Shown here: positions 11,201 to 24,981 of the stretch, piece by piece
How positions within the stretch are numbered: position 1 is the first letter of the stretch
Layout of the letters: each line of letters starts with the position of its first letter
NCBI GenBank assembly: GCA_030704615.1
Contig: CM060732.1
Span: forward strand, 44,082,001 to 44,146,000
Direction of reading: 5' to 3'
Origin: Takakia lepidozioides
Taxonomy: Eukaryota > Plantae > Bryophyta
Length of the DNA stretch: 64,000 nucleotides
The notes under the pieces: generated by a model
What the model was told of the DNA's origin: nothing
Seen by the model: only the letters and a program-made list of their open reading frames with translations
Database searches by the model: none
Made by a program: the position numbers and the translations under genes

Positions 11201-14200
11201 TTATTGGCGCTTCCGCGTTGGGTTCGTGGTTTGGACAACACAGAGGCATGTATGTAAAAGACAAGATGAAAAAAGGAATATAATAGAAAGAGTCTGAGGA
11301 GGTAGCACGTGAGCAGGTGGGGTCAGGAGCATCTTAGCAGCCATGGTGTGTGGGCGTTGCTTTCATATGTTTGACTCTGGCGTACCAAGGACGCCTGCCA
11401 GCATCATGGCATACACGAGTCCCGCCTGATGGATCCACTCTCCACATGTCTGCTGCACCTTCCCCTCCCATTCCACGTCCCTGGCTACTACACTTCAACC
11501 TCAAAAAACGAAACAAGCTTGAAAACCAGAAGTCCTCCCACCCACTACCTCAGTGGGAGTGGAATATGCCAGACACGAGAACGGAAAGGGTGCGCAAGGT
11601 TCACAACTAGAAAAGGGAACAAGATAGGAAATATTATGTTTCTACCAAATTCTGAAAACAATGGAGACAAATTATAAGCTGTCAAGAGAGCCATGCCCAA
11701 GTCTGAAAGACAGGGATTTCTTCTCGAGTCTCACTGCAATGGCTTTAGAGACAAGTGCTTACATCAGTCAAGGATGAGTTCATCAGGCGCAGGTGTCATC
11801 TGGCATACGTAGATGGACATAGAGCTTTATGCAGAACTGAAGTCCACTAGACCTCTAACAAAGGACAGGGAAACGTAGATAAAGATTTGCAGCTATCGCT
11901 GCCTCATGGTCGACACAGATTTGTCGCTGATATCATCCCACCCATCAGCCTAGATCTATACTAATCGATATATCTGGATGTGGCTTTTCGGTACATCAAG
12001 ATGCCCGCTACTCGATCCATTTCCTACTAGACTCTAATGCTGGAAATTTGGTTTCCTCAAAACAGGCAGGCTACCTGGGCAGCCTTCTGCGCTTCTAATT
12101 AGCAAAATCTCAAATCGCCATGAAGCAGGCGCTGCACCTCTACTTGATTAAAATGAACTCCTAAAGATTAAGATGAAGCTAACCGTTGTGGGATAAATAC
12201 AACTATGACATCAAAATAGCTTGCCCGTCAGATAAACCTAGGTGTTCACTCAGATACAACAACCCACGCCTGAAGGTGATCCCGTCCAACTTAAGCGCTG
12301 GGCGACATAAAAAGCACCTGCCCCTGGCATCTCACTGACCAACACTGAAATCAGTGTCTGCAGCAGAACTGCAACACAACGATCACGCGAGACAGCTACA
12401 TTACCTCAGAACCCATCTATCATAGATCTACAGACCACAACAAACTCACAAGTGGCTTGTTAAGTTTGTTCAGTAAGTACACAGCATTGCTTTTTCAGGC
12501 ACTCCAGCATCTATTCTACCGTTCTGAACATCTGGAAACTTCAGTTACCATACTGTTGCATATAGGTCTATCAGTCTTTCCAAATGATGGCTTGCTAGTG
12601 TAGCTGCAAGAAAGGAGGAACAACGGTCAAGGTGAGAACAGCGTAAAGTATATCAAGTATACAAGAGTGTGTAGGGATGGATCATAGTCACGGGAAAGTA
12701 GACAATCGGCAGGCACAGACGGACCCGCCTGGGTATATAGAGGCAGAAGGCCATGTTAGTGACATATGATGGTCCACTTAATACTACATAGTTAATCCCA
12801 AACTTGGGATCCCTGAAACCTGGACTAGATATAAGTAACAACATATCCAGTAGCAGGCAATGTACGCGCTAGATGGCGGATAAAAACGCAGGCATCTCGT
12901 GGTGAAGTTCTTAGCCATTTGTTGGAATGCTCAATGCTGTGCACAATCAAATGAATGGACACCAAGGAGCTGAACCATGCATGATTATCAAATTACTAGG
13001 TTATTTTAATCTCAAAACGCTCCAGGCCAGAGGTGGGGAGTACACAAGCACACCAGGACGACCAGCGTTGGCTTCGGAACTCGGTGTTAATCAACTACAC
13101 AGCTGCTTTTTCTGCAGCTGGGGTAGAAGAATGGGAATTGAACCTCATTACCTTCACTCTGACGAGAGAGCAGAAGCAGATGTACCCTCTGTCGTTCCAG
13201 GAGTGACATAATTGCAGGAGCATGTCACCCAACTTTCAAACGTGTACTACATATACATGTACATCATGATCAAACCTAAAACTACATGTACCAAACCACA
13301 CTATTATAAACGTACCTGATGGAACTTCGATGATTCCTCATCGATCTTCATAAACTTGATGTGTCAAGTCTCCTGCTTACATGCAAGAAAGTAACACTAC
13401 AAAATATTTACTTCTCAACTGACTCTTGAAATAATAGCTCGGATGGAGTAGAACACACAGCTTTGCTCAGAGCGATGGCTGGGCAGTGGTTAACATGCAC
13501 ATCAAAGTTTCAGAGCATCCAAAGGCAGCTTCTGCCCTAGAGCTCGTTCTCAACAATGGCCAGGTTCATGGATGTTTTGTCCAGGAAACGAGAAGGTAGA
13601 TTTCGCACATTAAATTTCACATCAATCGAAACCTGCTCAGAACCTAAGCAGACAAGTCCGGACAGTCCCAGGTAATGGCTTTGTGTGTGATAGTTAACAA
13701 TTAATATTGGTCACAGACCCTATATAGTACATAGAAATACAGGTTCAAACAAGGTTCCAGGATTGACCAGCAGCAAGACAGACTTCAGATGGCATGGAAC
13801 TTTGTATGTTACCAGCTATCATCATCTGTTAGCCCCCAGAAAACCGGTTTGACCTCACTAGATGAAGACATTGACTATGTGAAAGGTGGCAGAGACAACT
13901 GATACAAGCACTAAGCTTGAAGATTTTCTGTACGTACCTACTCCATGTTAAGCAGAGACAGGTGCGGTGGGGACAAAAATCTATTGAACCTGATCACATG
14001 AAGCTGGCCAGTTGATCCTTTCAATGTGCAAAGATTGAAATGGTTGACTTGGCTGTTTCTAAACGTGCTGGAGATATAAACCTGTTCTCTGGATGTTCAC
14101 AAATGACGATGGTCAATATCATAAGTACTTCCCAAGACTTCGACTCTAACAGAGCAAAGACATCATCGCATTTCTGATCACGACACTGATTGACAGCGTT

Positions 14201-15814
14201 CACAGACAGGTATGTTTTGAACAGACTTCGAAGGAGTGGTCTCCAAAACTCACCAGCAAAAAGAATCCACTTGCCACGTCCAATTGATGAATTCAGAAGT
14301 TGTTGAGCTGGCACCGGCCAAGCACCCACTCCTTTTCACAGCTGAGCTAAAACAACTACCGGTTCCACAATCTTAGCTGCGTGCAGATTCATGATATGTG
14401 AGAGGGTTACTGCTTTATGTGCATGCCACAACTAAAGTCATAGAGGTCACCATGGTCTAGAGCCCCACAGAAACAGGATTTTAAGATTGTCAACATGTTC
14501 AGACCGATCGACCGTTATTCAGAAGGAAGGCAAGACTCAAAACATATTAGTCTATCTACACACTGGGACTAGACGCTCGTGGCCCATGTGACTCCTGGAC
14601 CGACTTGTTGAACCACATGAATCATATCAAAACCCATACCCATATATAGGCTGGTATCGTGGTCACAGACAATCAGGAAGATCCATAAACATCTTCCAGA
14701 TGTGTATCATAGTCATCTGCACAATTGAAGAGCGCACATTCCCGAGCCTTCTGAAGCATATCACAAGTGCGTATCAGACTTAACGCATACTATTACTGGT
14801 TGCATGTGCATATATGTATGTACATACAAATATATAAGTGCACAGCTTCTCTTGCACAGCATTCAAACATTCACCGCACTACATATGCATGCCACAGAAA
14901 CTCTGGACAAATGTCGACTTTCAGTTTCTCATTGAAAAATCTTTGAGTGTAGGCAAACGCCTCCTTCATGTTTACAACTGGACCCGTTCACCTTCGCCTA
15001 GGTAAGTAGCAGTGGATCTTCACTGTCGACGTGGGTGGTTGTATAAATCATACCTCTTCTCCCATGACTGAATTGGAGGTGACATCTTAATTTCGGACGT
15101 CTGATATTTTCCCTTTACTGCACATGAAAGGTCAACTGGACAACGGCTCCTACACATACTAACAAAAATTTCTTCTGTGAAGATGACCTAGAAAGTCGTG
15201 AACTCTAAAGTAGGCTACGTCTGCATCTAGACAAATCCACATGGACAGCCCACCTTCACAGGACTCTACTGACATGCAAAAAGATTCTAGCTGACATGTC
15301 TTATTTCAACCGAGCGATCTGTGTGTCATCACAGAGCCATACTCGCAATTGATCTGCTCTGGAAGGGAAAAGGGAAGATCCAACAGTTGCGAGCGCCGTT
15401 GATGAACCTCGGGGGAGCCATGTTGCATATTGATCCCGACCACTGCAAGCTTCTGGTTGACTCTATATTCACACATGAACATCTGAGACAGAAAGAAGCG
15501 AGAGAGGCCACGGGTTGTCGCGAATGAAGTCCAGCTCGAGATCCAAGATTAGTTACAACTGGCTTACACTTGTAAGCAGGAATCAACAACAGATCATTAT
15601 GCAAGGTTTCGTGAATGGCATTTGCACTGATCTCAAGAATGATCCCAGGCGAGAGAATAGCAAGGGGCAGTGCGGCCAGTATGCAATGTATGAGCTAAGC
15701 TGAGTGCCCCAAGTGAGGTAAACTCCTGCAGACTTACAGTAGAGTCGAACGGCATCACCAGTACTGCCCATTGAACATCCATGTAGGCTGAAAATAGGAA
15801 AGCTTTGGTATTTT

Positions 15815-16633
15815 CTAGTGGTATGGGGGCCGTTGGCTGTGACTACTCCCAGCCGCCCATTGACTCAACACATCTTGGGTAGTCAATTGACCCTGATTGT
15901 TTAGGTTGGGGTTCTGAGGCACAATGTTGTACAGGGACTGCATGGTGGCAGGGTAGGAGAGCTCAGGCGCCTGCATCGCCACTGCCGGTGATGCCGAAGC
16001 CGCCATGGTTGCCAGGCCTTCCTCATCATCCAGCGGGAGGCGGTCGTAGGTCGCACCCAGAAAGGACGCTGCGATCACTAATACTGGGCCTGCTGCCATG
16101 AGCACACCCACAACACTCCCACCCAGAACTTGACCCGCTGCACCCGCGAGCGAGACGGTCAGGCCTGTGGAGGGTGCGGGGGAAGGCGGGGGCAGGAAGG
16201 CACCTGAGAGAGAGATGAGCTCAAACCTTCCATGGAAGGTAACAGTAGCACCTGGAGAGGTCGGCTGCCGCAGCGTAACATTACACACAGTCCCACTCCC
16301 TCCAATCACACACACCCCCCGCTGCCTCCGCCTCGCAAACGACGCCACACTCTCCCCCACATCGCACCCCCCTGCAACCTCCAGCACATGGGGCCGCATC
16401 GCATTGCCATTGTCCCGAGTTATGATGATGGGCGGCTTCGGCTTGTTCTTCGATCCCGGTGGCCTCCCCCTCGGCTTGCGACTCCCCTCCCCTGGCGGAA
16501 CGTTGCCACCAGGCCCTCTTCCCTTCCCCCGCTTCCTCCCTGATCTTCCCTGCCCACTGCTCCCACTCTGCTCCTCGTCTGAAGTGGCGCCCGTATGCGA
16601 GGGCCGCTCTGTGCCAGCCTCCACCCCGGCCAT
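15815..16633 (-). CDS. AHL: AT-hook motif nuclear-localized protein (single AT-hook + PPC/DUF296), 272 aa, intronless clade-A type
   Basis: [24 protein letters not shown]-hook and a PPC domain with [10 protein letters not shown] and [10 protein letters not shown]. First in-frame ATG at 16633 (MAGVEAG); the longer track ORF starts at a non-ATG codon. Confidence 0.93.
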   Translation of the reverse strand: MAGVEAGTERPSHTGATSDEEQSGSSGQGRSGRKRGKGRGPGGNVPPGEGSRKPRGRPPGSKNKPKPPIIITRDNGNAMRPHVLEVAGGCDVGESVASFARRRQRGVCVIGGSGTVCNVTLRQPTSPGATVTFHGRFELISLSGAFLPPPSPAPSTGLTVSLAGAAGQVLGGSVVGVLMAAGPVLVIAASFLGATYDRLPLDDEEGLATMAASASPAVAMQAPELSYPATMQSLYNIVPQNPNLNNQGQLTTQDVLSQWAAGSSHSQRPPYH

Positions 16634-19600
16634 GCAATCATACCCAACCTCCTCCCCTCGCTTCTCTTTGCAAGCTCGGAGAGGAGGTCTCTCCACTCCA
16701 CTCCAGTCCTCACCAAAGCCTCTCGCTTCACAAGTGCAGGTCAAGCAGGCATCGGGGAGAGAGATGGCCCGCACGTGTGCCAGCCCAGGGCAGCGGGTGC
16801 CGGCGGCCCGGCCGGAACTCAGGCTGTGTGTCTTCGCGCGTGCGTAGATTAGCGTGCGATGCGGGTCGGAGCGCGCTCTGCCAGCCGGCGGCCCGTCCCG
16901 CACCTCCGCTCTGACACCCTCATCTCCTCCCCTATCATTGCAACAGTGCTCTCTGTTGTCTTGAAGCTTCGCTCCTCAGCTCCTTTTGTCACCTTCAAAC
17001 CGGTACCACAGCCACCTCCCTTTGTCTTACTCGACATTGACTCATCACTCCCTCACATCTATTCCTACAGTTGGACTTTTGGCCTTTTGCCATGGTTCGT
17101 TCGCATTCTTGGATAATCCCCAACTTGTGTTGACCACGTGACGACCGCCACGGCTTGATCAAAGTTCCATCAAGCAGACGGAACTACTGTAGTGTTCCTG
17201 CCTTCTTCTTCGCCATCCGCACTTTGCTTGCTATACTTACAATGGCGTGCGTAGCAAGCAGAAGCTGTCTCGTCGCTTAGGTTGGGAAAATTGGTATACA
17301 TATAGTGTGTGGAGTGTGAACTACCAGCAGCTACGTCCCCACAGATCAGGCGGAGTTGCAGGCATGAAAGACGGTGGACGTTTGCCTCGCAGCAGTACTT
17401 ACTTACCCCCAGACACTGCCCCAGGACACATCCATTAACCTGCTCACAATCTTCGCACCTACCTGAAAACCCCAATTTATGACGCAATCCTCTTCACGCA
17501 CCAGTTGAGCCAAGCTTGCCAAAACCGTGGACGGATGCTGATCATTTCACACTCCCCCACTAATAACCCGCCTAATAACTCTGCTCACTACTCACTAGCT
17601 TACAAGAAGTCTGCATTGGGGGTAGTACCGAGGTACCCAGTACCCGTCCCAAGCATGGGCGTGAGGGTAAGATCAGCTGCAGCCCAGGCCCCAGCTACAG
17701 CACAGCACGAAGATCATGGATCGTCAACTGTGTACGTGTTTATGTTTTGGTGTTCCACGATCATCGTTTTCGGGGTTGGCGCCCAAGGTTTTTCCTCCAT
17801 TGACGGTTATCCGTCAGGATCAACGTGGAAGCACGATTACCACAGTACAAATCCAGACCCCCCATCGCGGAGAGGAAGAGGAAGACGATTCGACGAAGAA
17901 GAAGAAGAGGACGGTGATGGAGACGAGGACGAAGGAGCAAGCGCGTCAGCGCGGGGCCTGCCATCTCCGACAGCGTGTTCCCCAAGCGCCCGACACGCCC
18001 CTCCATCTTTCCATCTTTCCCTCGCCCCGCACTAATTACCTCCATTAAGGTTCTGCGCTTTCGCCTAATTAACCCTAGTTAATGTGCGCGGCGGCCGAGA
18101 CCGCCTTGACTTTCCACAATAATTAATTACCGCAACTAAGTAGCTATTAATCACTGCCCGACTTTTCACTGCTGCCCGCCGGGCGCCCCCCGTACGAAAA
18201 TATGTTCGGGATGCTCACAGAAACCATCCATCATGTTGCACGTGGTTTTCCTCGGTGCATTTGTTTTTTGCGGGAACTCGGCGGCGCCTACAAGGATTCG
18301 AGCCCGGGATCAGTCGGGCGAGGTGTAGAGTGGAGCGCTGGGGATTCGAGCCGGGGACCTGCCCGGGCAGTAGAGCTTTCCTGGCTATGGCGGGCCCAGT
18401 AGAGGAGAGAGACGAAGTGGCAGGCAAGTGCGGCGCGTGGGCAGCGAGCGGCGTGAGCATCGTGCAGTAGTGCGCTGGATTGCTGCCCCAGAAGAGCCCG
18501 CGCGGGAGCAGAGCGATGGCATTTGAAGGGAGGGGCATCTTTGCGCGTACAGAAACTGTCTTGAATTTGGGGCATCTTTGGTGGCTCACGGCAGAAGTGT
18601 GCGATTTCAACTGGGGGGCATGATGGAGCTGCAAAGGCAGCATCTTTGCTCGCACATACAAGAGTCAGGTCTGGGATCATCTTAGTGAGATGGAATATAA
18701 AATTGGGTGGAATGTGCAATTTGACTTTTTCAGCGGCCGTTGCATTTGATCCTGGCCCGGCTATACATAAATCGGCTCTGCAATGTTTGCTGTTTATGGC
18801 ATGGGGGTGAGCCGGCTTTGGCCCAATATGTCGTGTGAAGCGTGGGATAGAATCATTCAGCTGTTACGCATGCTGTCCCGGGAGGTTGTTCCCTGCAAAA
18901 AACCCTGTCTTACCTCGATAGATCAATGTTCTGTCGGTAAACTCTCCATGCCACTGTAGAGCCCATTGCAGCGGTTTGATGATGGGCATCTTCGCACTGA
19001 AGCATCTTTTTTTCAAGGTGAGACTTCACACGAACTTTGTGCAGCACTGCAGCGGTTTGAATTGTGAGCATCTTTTGGGACGCATCACACGAGAGAGTGC
19101 AGCTGGGAGTGAATGATGTGCATTCAGCAGCGCCTATCTTATTGCGGCTCACCTTGTCGCAGCTTGTGGATCGCTCGCCATCGCTGCAGTTGAACTGTGG
19201 CCTCACACAACAACAACACCAGCACTGTAGCTCCCCAGACTTGACATGCGGCCGCCAATAGACCCTAAATTAAGTGCTTAATACAATTTTTTTAATCCAC
19301 CCAGTTGGTCTTTTTCTGATAGTAGCAAAACCGACACACTTCCTCCTTCAAGTATGGCTCCATATAAAGTCCAAGCCCGTTTACAAAAGGTTGACTCCTC
19401 TCCGTTGAAAGAAAAAGAGCCTCCTCACTCCAAACCTTGTCGATATTACCTGTGTTTTAACTAGGTCTCATGCTCAATGTAAAGTCTGAGCCGGAAGAAC
19501 TAGTTCTTCTCCCCCATGTTTACATCGTCAGGACTATGGGAGTTCGTTCGGTTTCTTCATAAACTGCATCCCGGAGAGGACCTGCTTACCACAAGAGACA

Positions 19601-22425
19601 GGTCTCCACCATCTTCGGTGACTCTTAATTCTTCTTCTCCGTATGAGTTTATGGGTTACTGATCTTTCGGGGACTAAGGCACGTTTCCGATCAAAAGCGA
19701 GAAAATAGATGCAATGATTCGGAGTCGTGATTCATAAATAAAGGCAATGCGGCGCGACGACTATGGTGTGCTTTCAAGAAGCCCCTTGCAACTTTCTTTA
19801 GTTTGTCAGCAGCAGTGTGTTTACATTAAGGCTCTCCACTAAGAAATGATGGTCCCTATTTATACACCTCCAACTGTAGTGGAGACTGCACTACCTAGTT
19901 TACTGTTTATTCATTCATGAAACTCCAGCCGGACAAACAGCTCATTTGCCAATCTGACTCCCCCTCTATAAAAGATAGTATCAACTTCATTCAAGTTGCC
20001 TGAAGACAAGTGCTATCCCTATTTTTGAGTGCAAACAGTTTGTATGATGACAGACTGCTGATTTCAGCAAGTATTATTGTATTGGTGCTCAGATTTGCCA
20101 TGCTTCTTTCTTGAGTCCAGTCACCACCTTACCTGTCTCCGTTTTTATATGGCAAGTGAGTGATGTAAGCGGGAGTTTATATCAAGAAAAAGCTTATTTT
20201 GGCTCTTGATGCCATGAGTTATGGACTGAAGAAATGAGAGGGCTATTATAATCTTTGTATGGGGAGCTGCGGTCATATCCTAACCAGGCAAGTAAATAAT
20301 TGGGTATACTTATTATAATCTTTGTATGGGGTGCAGGGGCCAAATCCATGCCAGTCAATATATTTGATATTAGGCCCAACATTTATACACTGGGGACTTA
20401 ACAAATACTTCTCTCCAACTGTTGTGGAGTAGTCCCATTGTTTATAAGTCAAAACATGTAGGGTTGGGCAACTCTGCTAAATGACAAACAGTGTTGCCTG
20501 TGCCCTGTCACAAGAGTATCATGTCCATGCTCTGTTGGTTTGTGAGGTCATCTTACATGCGGTATGGCTTGTGCTGCAGGCTAGAGCAAATGTGAATCCC
20601 CCTTTTTCAGACATATGCTGGGACAGTTGGACTTCACACATGAGCCCCAAAACCACCCACCCACCAACCAAGAGTTTCAAGTTTCAACCATAGCTAGTTT
20701 TGGTATCGGCAAATCTGGACTAAAATGATGTCCCGAGTCTGACCTCCATAGCCAAAGACCACTGTGAAAATACTTTTTGACTGCAGCACCTAAGTACAGA
20801 GCAGTCAAAAGAAGTGGGTGGTGCCAGGACTTGAGACCCATAACTCTGGCATTGGAATTCTGTAACCTGGACAGATGTGCGTAGCGGCCTGATTCCATTG
20901 GGGCGTCAGTTTATATGGAGCAGTGGTCCACCCATGACTTGTAACAGATGCTGAGTTGTGATTCAGGATCTACATCAGTAGAGAAAATTTTCATTGTCTT
21001 CAGTGACTCCGTGGTTCTGGTGTTTGCTACAAGCACAAAGATCATATGCGTCAATGATAACAGCACAATCCACGCTCAACTCCGTAACAGGCATCACTGA
21101 ACAACAAGTACAAAAACAAGATTTCTAGGTGGCATCAAACTGTCATGGCATGGGGTTATAAGAAAAGACCCCCGGATTGTACAGGTTTGGATTTAAGTCG
21201 TAAAGGACACCATTGCAAATGTGGTAGTAATTCCATTGTCCTCCACAGTTTTGAAGCTTGCATTGCCGCATCCAGTGAACCTGCATTCGTTTGCTCTCAG
21301 TCTTCGCCCTGAAATAGCCTCCATTGTCAGGATTTGAATGCTGAGGGTGGGAGGAGAGAGAGAAGGAGAGAGAATGTGGCCCCGTGGCCCAGTTTGGGAG
21401 AATAGAAGGGGACAGACACTACCTTTGTGAGGGGCTTCTCCCTCCAGTGGTGGGACTTAACTTGGTATATAGACAGTTAGTTCAGGCTTTACAGATGTCC
21501 ACTAGAAATTGGGAGCATTTCTACACTGAAATGCTCCCAATTCAGCAAAAGATGAGCTACATTCAAAAAACACCCTGACAGCCCAGGAATCAGCATGTGA
21601 CTGCCGCTTCCAGTCACATCTAATCTGAGCCTTCATCATTTCAATCACAAGGTGTTAACTGCCTTCAACTGCAATTATCAGGCTACAACTCAACAAACAA
21701 AATCACTGCTTCACACAGTGACTTCGCGGAGGCACATACATCAACCCAGCTAGCTCACTTTTCCAAACACCCCATTAGAGGCCTCTACTGAAACTGCTGT
21801 TCAGCAAATTTTCAATGCACAACGTGATTGTTAGTTCTTGCACTTGAAGAGAGAAGGCAACAAAACCTAATTTTGGTCACCTGTAATAACCACAAAGTTC
21901 AATGTGGACTTGGCAAGGGTGTGGCCACACTATGAATCCTTTCAACAAAGCACGTCCCTTAACCAAGTTCCCAGAGCAGACTCCAGACAGACATACCCCA
22001 GCTGTAACCTGACGACACAATGTTCTTCCTTAACCTTACCAAAACACCAAATGGTACACTACTGCAACGTTCACCCATGACCAAATTTGCACTCTTGATG
22101 AGCAACAGTCCTGGAGAACTGAGGACCGTATAAGTGATGCTACAGTCCGTTCAAAAGAAAAGCTTTCAACTGACAGCTAAACGACGTGGTCGTTGGGTTC
22201 GCAACACACCTCTACAAGCCTTTGATGATTTCTGTCACTCTAATCAGTACTCATTCAAGTCTTACCCTTTTTTTCCACACATTTGTTTTCCCTCCAGCAA
22301 ACAGAACTTGGCCCAAACCCTCAAGGGACATAACTGTTAATGGAAAGCATATTCATTTCGCATGGTAAGATCCTAAAAAATAGAGACCCTGGACATCGTT
22401 CGACAACCACCGCAAGATAAGGATG

Positions 22426-24981
22426 TCATGCAAGAGTGGGAAGGTCATTCCCTCGAATAAGCTTCTTCAAATACCGCTTTCTCTCATTAATCCGGCCTTT
22501 CAGACGAATTCTGGGCTTTATCTTCTCTTTCTCATCTAGCATCCATTGCAAAATCTCTCTTTGCTGCTCATAAGAACCCACCAACTTGGTCTGTGCTGGT
22601 ACCCAACTTTCAGAGGGTTTCTCAGGGATCACAGGGATCCCAGGGGCTGCAGGGATCGCATGAGTTCCAGGGTTTGCAGGGGCAACAACTGACAATGCTT
22701 CATGCTTGGCACTTTCCTCTTGTTGCGGTGCCTGAGCCTCCGATTGCTTATCAAGTGCTTTCTCTGATGCCTTGGGCTTTGCCTTTGTTCTGAACAACAC
22801 ATAACCTGACCACCAGATGAAATCAACAGTGTCATTGAAGAATTGGAGGCTAATCTTTTGAGGGTTGTGTCCCTCAAATGAACTTTTGCACAGTTTGTAA
22901 GAATCCTCTTTTGTACGTAACACGGACAAGAGATAGAAACCTAAGGAGAGACCCAAAAAACAACAAACCAGCCATGAAGGCAAAGCCATACCACAAACAC
23001 ATCGAAACAATAGGGATAGGATACAGACAATAATCAGGAAACATATGAGTAGACCAAAGCATGTGCTTGCACTTCAACAAGGGGTTCAACAAGGAGCCGG
23101 TCACACAGTTCGTCGTGCTTTTTGGCTGCGAGACATCATGCCTTACGCACTGATTCTTTTTTAGTCTACGGCAAAAAAAGTCTTATGAGTGCATTCTTCT
23201 CTAGTCTACCTTACCTTGGCACTAGACTGAAATTTAAACTCAGGGCAGGGAGCCTACCTTTGAACAATAAACAGATGCAGAGAGGAGGAAAGGAGAGGAT
23301 TTATTGCCCAATGTGTGGGCAACCTGCAGGTAGTATCCATTTTCTGATCCATTGTCCAGGGTAGTAACATTGTTCCTGCACCTCTGTTCACCAACTTTCA
23401 AAATCTGGATGCTCAGCCTAGCCCTGGCCCTGTTGGGGTCTAACTTCTGGGCAGCTCACACACAGCAGATTGATGCTTGTGTGAACGGCTTTCTAGAGGA
23501 TATCTGGAAGCCCCAAAGCAATTGTTTATATCACAGTAAGTCACACTACTGGAGTTCGCCCCTCATAAAGTCAGTGTCTGTTCCCTACGTTTCCGTCCAC
23601 AGTGGGTGCGGAGTCTATAGCCACAAGGCTACAGCAAAAAAATTCTTATGAGTAGATTCTTTTCTAGTCTTCAAAAGAACCTCTCTCATCCACAGCAGCA
23701 CCCTACGGTTCCTACAGTGCCATGGCAGCACAAATATGAATACAAACTGGTGCCAGCCAGAGGACTGCATGCTGCTTGTTTTCTCTCCAAAGTGTGACTC
23801 AAAGCACAACCAAGGCCCCTCTGTCATCTATGTTTTTGGTAAAGTGCTGGGATCGCCATCATGCTGTCTATCATGCAGTCAGTGTCAGCTGTTACTTCAA
23901 CACCAGCTGCCATGTTGACAAATTCTTCTTCCATATGCACAGGATCAGCAATCATCACGCTGAAATTCTCCTGATTGGTTAAGACTCCACCGCAAGTTCT
24001 CACGAATTTATTATCATTGGAGGTTTATAACTTTAGTTGTTCATCCTAGGCCAAAGTCACAAGCACGAGGAACGCATGGGACATATAGGTTCTGAGACTA
24101 CAAACTTTAAATCAATAGAACCTGTCTGTGAAAGAATTGCTTCCAGCAAGTCAATTAACCCTATGCAACTGTTTGCAACTGTTTTCAGCAGTCATAATAG
24201 ATTGAGATCCAGTGTTTAGGCTCTTATATTAGAAGCTCTTGGCAAAGCCCCTTTATAAATAGAGAAACAAGGTGCGACCATGCATTGTAAGGTTACATGG
24301 GGGCAGGGCCGTAGTGGAAAAATTGCTTGGGCGTTGTGGGTGTTATTAGGCATTGAAAGGATAAGCAATATCAGAGTTTCCAAAACTTCCCTCGTAATTG
24401 TTCTCCTGACTTGAACTCAAAGGGTATGTCTTATAGCTAAGTTTGAAAGGGCAAGTACTGCTCTTGCCATAACTGGCAGACTTACATTTGAACTCTGGAG
24501 GCTACTTTCAAGGGAATACTCCGCACAAGTAGGTCACTGCCTCGGCAAAAAAGATTATGTAGAACTCAGATGGGATCAGATCACATTCTTGCAACCTGAA
24601 ACCTAGCTGCCAGCACTTTTCATCTCCTGCTGGGCAGACCTAGACAGGTAGGTGAGATGTTTTTCAGCAGAAAACCGGTCAATGAAAGTATCAGTTGGAC
24701 GAAAACACTTTAACAAAACAAAGACCAAACAGAAAGAAAACACCAGCAACAATGCTATATCTTTCCAGCTGCAAAGCAACTAAGCATTTTGTGTACAAAG
24801 ACAACCAGTCCTGAGAAATCTTACCACCGATTGCAAGATTGACAAGTAGTAGAGCCCCAAATGCTGTCCGGAACCGATACCAAAAAGGGTTTTTCTTGGC
24901 AAGGGGTGCTTCTGGCTGTTGCCGTGGAACTTCTGGAATGGGTCGCCTTTCCACAGCCGCTGCCACACCTGCCAGTCCCAT
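22426..24981 (-). CDS. Two-exon conserved plant single-TM protein (~178 aa), similar to the uncharacterised At1g55160-like family
   Basis: Exon 1 24981-24825 (…FRTAFGALLLVNLAIG, G|GTAAG donor) joins exon 2 22805-22426 (CAG|GT TAT) in phase 1. C-terminus EQQREILQWMLDEKEKIKP...INERKRYLKKLIR matches the family motif as I recall it. Confidence 0.72.

Noticed and set aside
16167-17116. Several overlapping ORFs on both strands, and a 362-aa version of AHL
   Set aside because: Shadow frames of a GC-rich CDS; the N-terminal extension starts at a non-ATG codon and has no family similarity.
17505-18048. 176-aa ORF with acidic tract
   Set aside because: No recognisable domain; composition fits the antisense of a CT-rich promoter/5' UTR of AHL.
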